64,000 nt of DNA from Blasia pusilla (Eukaryota): assembly GCA_050084515.1 (NCBI GenBank), contig CM114271.1, positions 35,712,001-35,776,000 of the forward strand. The letters run 5' to 3'. The notes beneath the pieces are model-generated. The model worked only from the letters and a program-made list of their open reading frames with translations, was not told the DNA's origin and made no database searches. This document shows, piece by piece, positions 1 to 12,124 of this stretch; the stretch's first letter is position 1, and every line of letters starts with the position of its first letter. The translations under genes and the position numbers were made by a program.

Positions 1-34
1 TTTCACACCAAATTAATGGAGAGATGAAATGTAT

Positions 35-900
35 TACCTTATAAAGGTTACTTCCAAAAGTTGAATCCATTCCTACTATGTCTCCTTGGTTCAAAGTAGC
101 AAGCTTTTCAAGCATCCATGGTGTTCCGACTACTAAGAAAAATGGATCATATTCTGGTTTGTTTTGTTCTCGATACAACAAAGCCAAACATGGATGTTGT
201 TGGACCCACATTCTTATTGCAGTTACATCATTGGATTGTAATGATGTGAATTTAGCTTCAATTGTAGTTTGATGTCACAAATATCTATTATGGTGAGGTT
301 AATATCCCTTGACCATATCACGTTCTCAACTATACTTCTGAACACCTCTCTCTGATGTATTTGTAGTGTTCATTTAAAATGTATGTTGGTTGAACACTAG
401 CTCTCAACAGACATTCAACAAACTCGCGACATCTATTAGATAGATGTGACACGATATGAGAATTTGCTATAATTGCACTCTTATCCAACATACTATGACA
501 AAATTTGTTATTCTTGTCAATGTGTTCCCAATGCATCCACCAAATCAAACACAAATTTGATCTTTCTACATACACCATCTTTGCAAGGTGGCATTGACAT
601 CCTCGAGATATAGATGTACCAAGAAATGTTGATCGAGCTAGGGGTCAACTGTTCATACCTTTCTTTATCCCTTTTTGTACACTCTTGGGGAGATCTTTTT
701 TAAAAATGTTCCGAAAGTCATTTGGTCCATATGCACACCAATATTGGATTATATGGCAAGATTTGTCCTCTCATTGGAATTTCTAATCTTGAAGGCATAA
801 TGGAAATTCTCTCTGTTTCTCTCCCCTTCAAGAAAATTTTTGAACCTATCTAGAGGGATCCTCTTTTGTCCATTTAAGATGAGTGGAAAAAAAGGGTCAT
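35..900 (-). pseudogene. Degenerate MULE (Mutator-like) transposase / SWIM-type gene remnant
   Basis: Manual minus-strand translation gives QYWCAYGPNDF, RGCQCHLAKMVYVERSNLCLIWWMHWEHIDKNNKFCH and FFLVVGTPWMLEKLATLNQGDIVGMDSTFGSNLYK, followed by a probable GT donor. DSTFGxN carries the first catalytic D of MULE transposases. Stops and frameshifts are present; boundaries are approximate. Confidence 0.65.
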
Positions 901-1081
901 GGAGGAGGGATCTGAAGCACATGCTAAGGCTGTTCGAACATGTTTACATCCAATATTCAAAAGTGACATGATATTACATATAATATCCCCATAAAGAACT
1001 AAGTTAAAGACAATAATTGGAAAATGAATTGATGTAGAGAACTAAAGAGGGAAAAATATCAAAGCTCTGACATTGCCATAA

Positions 1082-2434
1082 TGTGATATCCGCAATTTTG
1101 CAATTTTGAAGATTAACACATTCTTGTATTCAACCAGGGTATAGATCTCTTCCAAAATGAAGATTATTTGAAGTAAAGGTTGTATATACAAGACTATGTT
1201 GAAGATTATTTTTGCGTATTGGAAGAATGAGGCCTATTGGAGTGGATCACGAAGCTCCTAGGATAAGGCAGAGAGGTGGAACATCAAGGATTTGCCTTGG
1301 AGGAAAGGGAAATAAATTCACTAAGTCTAAAGACCAAGAGCGAAGCTCAGCAAAGACAATGAAGCCTAATAAAGAACCTATTTATGAAGTGCTTCGCTCT
1401 TTAACGAAGCACGAAGAAGAAGCAGAAGTACTTCGTTCGTCAACAAAGCACTAAGACAAATCAGTAGTGCTTCGCAGAAGAATGAAGAGGGAAGAACGAA
1501 GCACTTGGAACAAACGTGAAGAATGCAGCGCTTCGTCTTGGAGAGAAGAGGAAGAGCTTTGTCTTTAAAGGAAGAAGAAGATGTCCCGACTTCGCAATGA
1601 AGATAAGACTATCCGTGATTCCAAGCGGCACACTGTTAGAGTTGTTAGGCTAGGAAGAGGCGTAACTTTCCGGAACAGATAGGAATTAGGACAGTTACAA
1701 CCAGCAGATTGCTATGAATCATAGGAAAAGATCAGAGAACCATAGATCAAAGTAGTTAAAAGATGCCAATAGGAACCATCTTAGCAAGAAGCCCTTCAGG
1801 TCTTAAGTACTCGTACCATTTGGAAGGATATTTAAGGAGCATAAACGTAGCTCTAAGCATCATTCTCTTACGCTGTCGTTTTGGTGTAGGAGTGGTCCGG
1901 GCAAGGGAGTAGTACCCTCTCGTACTTATATACACTTTGAAGCTTTTCATTCTTGATGGAATAGTAAAGAACTCAATTCTTTTATTATGATGTACGGCTT
2001 GTATTAATGAATCATCTTATTGGGTCTGCAGAGTGAGGAGTGGATTAGGAGAATATATTTGACCAACAAAATAATCAACAGCGAGATGTGAGAAATCTGT
2101 TTGATCGAGAGTAGCCTGTCAGGACGGATTGAGTTCCGAAAGTAGGAGAAGCCATCTTCTGTTGAGATCTCTATGAGGTTCTTTGGTGTTGAGTGAAGAT
2201 CTGCGTGAGCGTGAATTCAATTCCACTTGAGAAATCGAGGAAAGAAACGGTGGTACTAACAAAGAGAAGAATATAATGATAATTGATTGAATCCAAACTG
2301 TATATACTTAACTACAACTATTGCAAGATAAACATCAACTTAAACTCTCTTTTCAGATAATCGTGATCCTCTTGGGGATCAAACTCCATAAATCATAATA
2401 AAAAGATCAATTCTTATAATTCTTGTACATTACA
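1082..2434. mobile_element. Probable solo LTR (~1.35 kb)
   Basis: Begins TGTGAT and ends ATTACA (imperfect terminal inverted repeat, TG...CA). Flanked by CATAA/CATAG (4 of 5 match). Internal imperfect CGAAGC..GTGCTTCG repeats; no recognisable protein coding. Confidence 0.45.
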
Positions 2435-5400
2435 CATAGACAATGAATTAGCACAACGAGGAGAATTTTTCACCTTAAGCTTCACAAAAGCAGAAGTTAC
2501 TACTCCTTCCCTGAAGGCCTCGTATGGAGTTCCCCTCTTGTGTAGTATCTCGATTTTTTCAACTTATGAACCTCATTTACTCCTTGCTCTATATTGATAG
2601 TAAAATGCATGCCTTCCCCTTGCCCCTACAATGCAATGCTCAAGCCTGATTGAGCCCTTGGATTGAGCTCACCCTCTGCCCTGCCCGACGACCTCTATGG
2701 ATGCTCCTGCCACTTGCCTGAAGAATTTTTGAAAGTTTCTTCTACCTACTGTCGCCCTCAGCATCCAATAGTCTCATCTCTTGCCTACAGTTCCTCGCTT
2801 TCCTTTCTCTGCCGCTAGTTTCCTGTTCACATCTAGGGCAATTCGGGTAGTTTGGGCAACCGCACCTCATCCTTAGGTTAGCTTAACTTGAGGATGAATA
2901 GGTGCAAGGTCTCCGTTAGATCTCTTGTCACATTTACTCTCTATCTCCGTAGTGAGAAGTTCCCTTCATCCATGCGTCTTTTGTCGGCTACAACAAGGCG
3001 CCTCGACCCTACCACGTTATCCCGCCCGACCTAAACAACTATGACGTGACCTAAAAAATTATGCCTCCAACCTAGTCGCTTTACTTAAAAGCTCCCTGGC
3101 GGATGTTAGATCTATAAGGCTCTCTTTTTTGACATTTGCCACTACTATCTACACGCTACACCCAAGCGCTCTTGCTCACCATTATGTTACTGCTCTACCC
3201 TAGTCTGCTTCTAGAAAAAGTCAAAGAAAAATGAGCAACACTTCCGCGCACACTTTTTGAACAAAAAAACGACAACGCTAACGCTAACCAACGTCTCTAG
3301 GGGCTCCCCGCCAAGGCAACTTGCTTGCCTACCTATATATAAATATTTTCCCCAATGCCCGCTTGCATCTTTCTTATGTAAAATCATAGTAAAAATGGCT
3401 CACACGGCCAACTACACTCTTAAATTTACATCGGCATATCGAGCCACATCCACCCTTTGCTATGCAAGAATCCGGACGGTAGCACCCTAGTTCCTACTAC
3501 ACACAAAGCAAGAGAAGTGCTCCTAAGGCCCTTGGAGGGAGAACTAAATATGGTTGCATAGAAAGTAATAGTCCCTTCATGGCATAGATATGAACAAAAA
3601 TTATTGGGACTTTCCTTTCCCATCCACATTGACTTTTCCATAATGCTCATGAATTTTAGTAATTGAAATTTTCAATAATTTAAGTCCATTTAATGGACTT
3701 TTCCTCTCATGCCACGAACATAAGTCCACTAACTTGAACAAGCCTATGGACACAAGCTTTGTCAGTACTCAACCTTGGAACTAAAACATAATAGGGAGAG
3801 GGTAGTAGGAGATACCAAGTATTTATACATCTATGATTATCAAAACATTCACGAACCTTTCTAATAGGAAAAAAATGCTTGTTGGATAATGGCACAAAGA
3901 GTAATAGGAACATGTATCTAGGGTTTAAGGAAGTATAATGTCTTTCGATCCCATTAAGAGAAAATCTTTACCATAGAGTGTGCAACAAACCTTAGGCATA
4001 TATGTAGACACGGAAGAGTTAAAGGGAAGAAATAAGAAGTGATGATGAAAAACGTTAGAAGGGACTAGTCAGTTAGTTTCGTAAGAAAGAGGAGCAAGAA
4101 GAGAAGGATAGGTTTGGATAAATTTTTGATAACATGACTTATGAAATGTTGCATTGAAGCTTAGTCCAATATATAGATGTATGATTGAAGGGGATAAGAC
4201 ATATAAACTACCAATTCCAAATTTTTGTAAATATCTTGGTCATACACATATCTTGCTTCAAAATCAACATTATTATGATATCCTTCTTAAAAAAATTAAT
4301 TTGGAAAATAAGAAAAATGCCATACCCAAATATAAATAAATATGCATCTAAAATAATAGAGGTGGAAGGTAGAGAGTGACTATAAGAAATTTTGAGCATG
4401 GCACATGAGCATATGAATGGTGAGTACTTAGTAGCCAACAGGAGGGGCAGGGGGGGGAAGAGGCGGGGCAAAAGGATTAATATTGAAAGCTTGGAAGTTT
4501 TCATGTCTTTTATGGTGGAATAGGCCCTAACGAGCTCATTTAGGGCCTAATCTTATCTCAAAAGAATATCCTTTCTATTTTTAGAAGTATTGTTATACAC
4601 TATTGCATTAATTTAGGATCAAGGAGGGCATCTACATCCACATGTCATTATAGAGAGGGCTGAGAGAGAGAGGGTATACTGTAAGGTGAGAGAAACGGAG
4701 CTTTGAACTTCATTCTCTCTTTGTTGAACCTCCTTTGCATGAGGCGGAGTGCACCTTGCATTGTAAGTAATCCTACCATGTCACCATGAGAGTGAGTTTG
4801 GTTAGAGAGTTAGAGATGAAACTTTGTGTTTGTGAGAGATAAGGTTCTATTTTATTGTAGATTACTTGCCTTTGTGTTAAGACTCCATTTTTTAATATAT
4901 AAGTCTAGTGTTTTGTGTGTTTGATTATTGAGAAGGATATATGTGGTATAGCGATGTGTATGCTTATGAAAAATCCCATAGCGTGCCACTTAGTAGAGGG
5001 GATTTCTAAGCCCCTCCACAACATTTCTTTTTTTTTTGGGAAATGGGCTCAACAATATAGTCATCCATTTCTTTGAAAAACCTTCTCCATGCCGTACTTT
5101 AACCTAATCTTGCCTTCACTTGTTATTATCTTCTTACCACAGTAACAAACACGTATGGTAATGCTTACCATATTTCTTGAGGAGTACATCATTATGAGGT
5201 GTCTCCTAGTATCAATTGATTGTTAGTGCAATTGATTATACCTAATGTCTTCTTGGCTCATCCATTTGTGTATAATGAATAACCGCCAACAAATGTAACT
5301 TACATGTGAATCAAAATAATAGAAATTTAGGGGAGGATAAGTCAAGATGAAAATTTTCTCTTAAAAACAATAAATATACAACTCATCAAATTTTTATTTA

Positions 5401-5657
5401 ATAGAACTGAAGACGAAAGAGTTCTACCACAAGATGTGAAAACCGCACAAAAAGATAAAATCTAGGAGCTATGAGAGAGTATTACAAGATGACCGTTAAG
5501 ATGCATAGAGAAGGATTTTACCAAAGAATTTTAAAATATTGTGGATTTGTGAAAAGACATTTACAATTGCGCAAGACATTTTTTCTAGTAGGAAGACATA
5601 TGGTATAATAGATTATTAGGATAAGCGGGTGCTATGGATTACTTTACCTCCCATAAT

Positions 5658-5902
5658 TAATTTTCATAATTCTTAGATTCCATTAATAGGATGTTTAAAA
5701 TGGAATCTCAGAATTATGAAAATTAAATGATTTTTTGTCCTTTCTCTTATTCTTGACACTTTCAACCAATGGGATTATTTTTTTTCTAAAATTTAAACCT
5801 ATTAATCCATTAATAGGTTTAAATTTTAAACCATCCTATTAATTTAGAAAACAAATAATCCCATCGGTTGAAAGTATCAAGAATAAGAGAAAGGAAAAAA
5901 AA
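5658..5902. repeat. AT-rich nested inverted repeats (foldback/MITE-like)
   Basis: 5658-5682 pairs with 5701-5725. About 60-bp arms 5731-5790 and 5843-5902 (CCTTTCTCTTATTCTTGACACTTTCAACC / GGTTGAAAGTATCAAGAATAAGAGAAAGG) enclose an inner hairpin. Confidence 0.8.
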
Positions 5903-6899
5903 TGTGAGGTAAGTTATGTGCAATATTTACAGCCTCCACAAACATGTGTCTTCATGAATACCTTGTAGGGGTGGCTCCACATTGCATATTTTCATTCTCG
6001 ATGGGCAGCTAGGATACCCAACTGTTGTTCTTGACAATATGGCATTAGATCAATAGTTGAGCCTTTTATGGTTCTATTGTCGAGCCTTTAATAGAGGATG
6101 ATGTCCGAAGGTTGTGGTAAATGCTTGGCCACATACATGGAGAAGCTCAAGAGGGCATTCTATCGTTAGAGACTATACACTAGATCTGGCCATCAGCCAC
6201 CGTTTTGAATACCTTGCTTAGCAACTTGAGTGGTGAATCTTTGAATGCTCCCTACGCTGCTGCTTGATAATGTCACGCCTCCCGTGTCATGCTTGATTGA
6301 TGTTGCACCAATCCTGGTGGAAAAATTTCAATTTATGCGTGTGTGCGAAGAGGAACTCGAGATTGTCCCCTATGGAAGAGTTTTTGTCTGGGAAGGATCA
6401 ATTTGTAGACGCATCTCATACTACACCATCTCATACTATACCAACGTTTCTTTTCCGTCTTTATTCATCTTGTGTTTGGTCGATTCTCGTATTTTATGCT
6501 TGGCTTGCTCCATTCTCAAATTGTGTGATTATCTTTTGCTTCTTGCAAACATTGTAGAGTGTGGAGATATTTCATTCCTTAGCTCGCGATGGCTATATGA
6601 TCTTGGCCCCTTGAAATTATCTCGGTCCTTACAACTATGACTAATCTTGGTTTCTGAGGATTCTTCTTGTACCTATCTAGGTTCGTGCTTATGCTCTACT
6701 ATTCTCCTCCAATGAAGTTGCTAGCTTCATTTCTTGCATCTTAGGCCCTCCATCTGTGCTAGCCGCAAATGACAGTTTTGTTGTCTTTGCTTGCATTTTA
6801 GGTCCTCCATCTACGCTGGATGTGAATGAGATTTTTGTTGCCTGCAGCAAGGCGCCCAAAACTAATGTCATGGACTAGCCTCGAGTGTGATGCGGGAAA

Positions 6900-9170
6900 T
6901 GCATGTTTGGCAAGCCGTGGTTAATGCGTATCTTGCAATCGAGGATTCAAAAAATTTGGATCTTGTATAAACAACTTCATGAATGCAAGGAAGGGGTTTG
7001 CATCATTAGGAAAAAATTGTCCAAACCTTATTGTCAAATTTGTTTCCCCAATAGTTTGCACCTTAACCTTGAACCATTCATTGATCTAGCCTCTATGAAA
7101 TGGAATTACTATAGACCTTCCTTAGAGCACCGAAATGTGATTCCTTATCATCCTCTCCTTTTGGTTTTATGGGGAGCCCATACAAACATCCGAAGGGTTA
7201 CCAATGCAGCTTGGTTGTACTATTTACTAAAGTATGCTTTGACGTGTGAGCCAACAAGTTCGTTGAATATAGACAAAATCAACAAAGTGCCTTGGTCTTG
7301 AGGGCTTGGATGAAGTCAAGCTAAGATTAGTATCTGGTGCTGTCCTTAATCGATCAATTTCTTCAACAAAAGCTCCTTTGATATCTCTGTAGATTCCCAT
7401 GATTAATAGATCTCATGTTGTTCACTACATTGATTCTAACCCACCAAACAAAAGAACAAACTTGTACAAGAATGCATCCACATCATGCATTCATCCTACA
7501 ACAATCTATTGTGACACACGTGTAATCAATGAATACCAGACGTTTGTCCTCTATTGGTCTAACCATGACTTACTCAAAGCTCATCCAAAAAATTAGAATA
7601 GAGAATAATTGGTGTGGATAGCTTAGGTAATATTGTAGTGAAGTCTTATCGCGTTGTCCGCTTCATGGATGTTTCATCCTCTCCATCAATGGAATGAGTC
7701 TTTTTATATGGTTCTACTAGAAGCAATAACATTTCTTTTGAGGAAAATGTTTTTATCATATATCTTATGGGGGGTTTCAAGTCCATGGATGATACATATA
7801 GTTTTATTAAGTCTCATGCAATCAAGAATTTATGGAGCTAGGTTCATGAGGCTTAAATTGTAGCAAAGGAAACTACAATGCTCCAAGGAGAGATATCCAT
7901 GGACTTAGCTACAATGCTAACCAGTCCACCTAAACCAGATGAGATCACCTGATAATTTCAACCGAAGGAAAATCCTGATCGTGATGTAAGCTTGCTGAAT
8001 ATTGGGCAGACATTGCTATTCACTAGACTAAGGAGTGTAACATTTGGACTAGTCCTCCTTTCTGGACCTTTAGGTTGTGGTAAGTCCTTTTTTATAAGAT
8101 TTATGGATAAGTTTTGGTCCTCCAAGAAGATATATCCTCTGCTTACTGCCACAACACAAATCACCGCTGTGCATCTCCCTCCTCATGCAACTACAATGCA
8201 TTCTGCATTTGCTATTCCTATTAATTCATGGTAATTTATCTACAATGCATACTATCTCTGACTCGTATACAAGGATTAAATCTTCTTAGGTTGATGTCAT
8301 TGATGAATGCTCTATGCTAACTTCTAAGCTACTCCAAATCATAGCCATATGAGTTAATGAAGTTTCACCATTCAGATTGGACCACCCTGTTGGTGGCAAG
8401 TTAATTGTCCTTGTTGAGGACCTCTGCCAACTACCCCCTTGTATGCAGTCATAGAACTTTCACATCTTGTCGTAGTTGCCATATCACCTCATCAACATTA
8501 TTTACTTATACGTAGTCATATGAAATGATCACACCTATGTAACACTCATATGATACTTATTACAATGACTTCCTCAACTAAATCGGAAGCATATTGCTTC
8601 TAAATCTCATATACATGAATGTTTGGGGGATTTTTTGTGTGTATGAAAATGAAGCAATACATTACATATCTTCAGATGCTACCATTATATGCAAACATTG
8701 TGAAGATGTTTCACTTTTTAATCGACTTGCTCTTAGGCTTCTTTTGGTGATGCTTCAATTATGAAGGTCGACGTACTTATTGATGCGCTTGCATGCGCTC
8801 AACTTAATTCATGGATGCATGATTCTACATTTCATTAGTTGCCATTTGAAGCTAAGCATTGCAAAGTTATGCTTACATCAAATATCAACTTAAAGATTCA
8901 AGCATCCAATGGCTCTATTGGTTCTCTTTTTTATCAGATTCTCTTTCATGAGAATAACCAAGTATGATTCCACTCATAAGTATACTAAGAGAATCAAGAG
9001 AGTCTGGTCTTACGCTATACAATCACAACTCACAAGAGCCCAGGCTCAACCATTGACGGTCCATGTTTTTTGGTGAAAACATTAATTTTTTCATTTGGAC
9101 TAGCATATGTCTTGCTCTTACGTGTAAAGACAAGGGCTCAACTCTGGATACTAAGTCCACTCAAGCCTTC
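6900..9170 (+). mobile_element. Decayed Helitron-type Rep/PIF1 helicase remnant
   Basis: Rep-like segment NVIPYHPLLLVLWGAHTNIRRV..YYLLKYA. PIF1 motifs follow in order: LSGPLGCGKSF (Walker A), LTATT..A..L...TTMHSAF, VIDECSML, GGKLIVLVEDLCQLPP, VMLTSNIN..ASNGSIG, TITTHKSPGST, GLAYVLLLRV. Many stops and frameshifts. Confidence 0.8.
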
Positions 9171-12124
9171 TGATTTTACACTTTTATCTCAACTCACTTG
9201 ATAGGAACCAAGTTGCTTATGTCTTATCTGCAGTCATCTTCACACTACATCAACAAGGAATAACACCACTCAAGGTTGAGGTGGAAGAGCTTCATCTCAA
9301 CTTCCCCACAATGTGTAGCTTCCGATGTTCAAGCATAAGACTAATCAGAGTATAATACCAAAAATACATTCCACCAATGAGATTCATCACCATGAGAATA
9401 ACTAAACTCAAGTACTCATTTGACCTATTTCATATTACCTTGATTATAGACCATTCTTCTTGGATCTAACACAGTCTCAATAGGTGCCCTCAAGCTACCT
9501 GATTTTTTCGAGAATGATTCTCAGTGACATCAGAGCTGAACCTGAGGAATACAAACCACGTTACATTTTTCCTAGGAAAAATCAAATTAGGTATATGGAT
9601 AATTTAGGAATAGTCCTAGCTTTCAAGGAGCATGGAGTAATTGGAAGGCATATTTAGACACCAATAAATCAGGGGAAGATGTGGGAGTTTAAGTTCCGGT
9701 GTGTGAATAAGGAATCACCAATTGCTAAAGTTCTGGCTTTTTTCTAGATCAACTCTATTTTTACAACCAAATCCATTAGTTCTATGGTTTTGCAATTATA
9801 TTTTCCACTTAAGGCATATTTTCATACTATGAATCATTGTTGTTTGCTCATTGTCTCTACTCTTCCGTTCTCTAATGTCTCTATTGTTTTTCATTTTCCT
9901 ACTACATCAAATGGATATATAATGTGTGTTTCATTGCACTAGCTTACCTTTCATTCATTATTTCTTCATTGCTACTTTCAGTCAAGATACAATGCATTTT
10001 TCATTCTTGTTTGAAAAATATGAGTGTATGTAACAGTTAAGGCATCGCCAAAGCAGAGGAACTTCAATGCCATTCCATCATCAGAGTCAATGGAACCATC
10101 AGATGCCATCTGCCAATAACGTGGAAATATCTACACCTTGCAATCTACAAATGGGTAGCTTCATAGATCAACATGACATACTTACATTGAAAATATGCAA
10201 TCAATTGCACCATCACTATCAGAGGCACAAAGTAGGTTACTTTTTCTATTTGCTACATTTAGAAATATTAATGAGTCTCTACACTCAACAGACACGAGGG
10301 ATTCGAAGATCCTCTTTCATTAGCCCAAGCACCTGCTGCACATGATAAATACAATTAGTAAGAACAAGAGAAGAATTCTAAGACTTTGTGTATAGTGTTG
10401 GGATTAGCATTTTGCGGAGATGAAACATTTCCGAGGGAAATCTCAGTAATATGATATCATCTTTAGTTTCATTCTCCATTTGGCAACTTCGACTTGATGT
10501 GCTTGAGTGTTTTCTAGCAAATAGTCATGATACATTTTTACTCATAATAAACCTTATTTTTGTAAGGCTTTACTCCAACTATTTACTATATCATATCATT
10601 GCCTTAAATATCAATAGGGTTGCTCTTTTCTAATATTGTGACTCTATCTTATTTTCTACCAATTAGCCATTTCTAGAGTCTTGCAATATATATTATGCAT
10701 TTTTGGGATATTTTGCAAGTGCATCTACAACATTTATTGTCCTACTCTGCATCAGCTCAACTTGCCACAAGTGCAATTACTATGTTGCTAACGGGAATGT
10801 AGTTCATGCATATGTTCTATCACATCCATCCCTTTAGATTCACAGTGATAGAAATTCCACCATATCATTGCAAATTAAGTAATATTCTTGTACATTAGTT
10901 TCATCTCTCTTCCAATCTGTATCACATTTACTCCAACACTACCTCCAGCCCCATTCCTAAGACAACAACTAAGCTCATTCATTTTGCCACTCATTCATTT
11001 CCATCACTTCAGACTTGCTACTCGCTGTAGTACTGCGAATAAAGCATTTTCATATTTATGGAGGCACAACCATTAAATTTTCTATTCTTATTGCATTCTA
11101 TTGCGAAGCCATGCAACCCTTCTTCCATGACATAAAATATCCATATCCATACTTGCAAAATTTTGTGTAGCTTGGCTTTAAATACTTTACACAATCACAT
11201 AGCCTCTTCTTGACTTAATTCACCGATCTAGACCTATGATTATTTCTAAGTGTTGACATGCTTCAACCTGTTAATTTCATTCTTCATTTGAATCCACCAG
11301 GACTTATGTGCAACAAAGCAACATATGTCATTAACTACTTTCATGCTCACATTGCCTACCACATCTATTTTGTAGTAGTTTAAGCGTCCTTGCATTCCCT
11401 TACTACATTGCCAATAGCTTCCGTGTACTTAATCAGGTCAATCCCAACCACTCACATAACTTTACTAGGCCATACACTTGTTTTGATTGTAAAACTAATA
11501 TAATCGACGTTAGTATAATGCTCGTGCAATGCACAAATGAAAATTTCTAATCTTGTACGTCGGAGGAAGAAAAAATTTATGTATAGGTTCTCGAACCCCA
11601 TCCTCCTATATGAAAATGAAATTGATGAAATTGATGCCGTGCTGAGAGGAAGGATCAACACGGCTTCTCGGTTGTGAGAGGAGGGTTGGAATGAGGTCTA
11701 CTACTCTTTCTGATTTAGTGGCTTGGAGACGGGAAGGAACAATGCTCCTAACGAAGAAAATGACGAAGTGTCCGTCAGGCTGACAAGCACGAGGTAATCC
11801 CCACATCCATGGGAAAAGCGTGAGACTCAAAGTTCTAGAGAAAATAACTTCTGCATGGAATTTGGTGTGAATAACTTGAAAGATGCTTGCCGTTTCTGCC
11901 CCGGAAGCAATGATGTAGCTCCGCCGGTTTCGTTGAATTCCACCGCTTTCAAGGCTTCAAGCAAATGTTGTATCTTCGGACGCACGAATGGGGAAATTGG
12001 GCAGATCTTATCGGCATGGTCGTTATTAAGGCGTAGGTGGTCCAACTTTCTTACGACTTGTCGAATTGGAATTCGTCGTCACAGCGCATGCAATCACGCT
12101 TTTACTGAATTTTTCAATTGCTCT

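Noticed and set aside
2500-3500. C-rich stretch resembling decayed retroelement coding sequence
   Set aside because: No convincing motif in any frame by eye.
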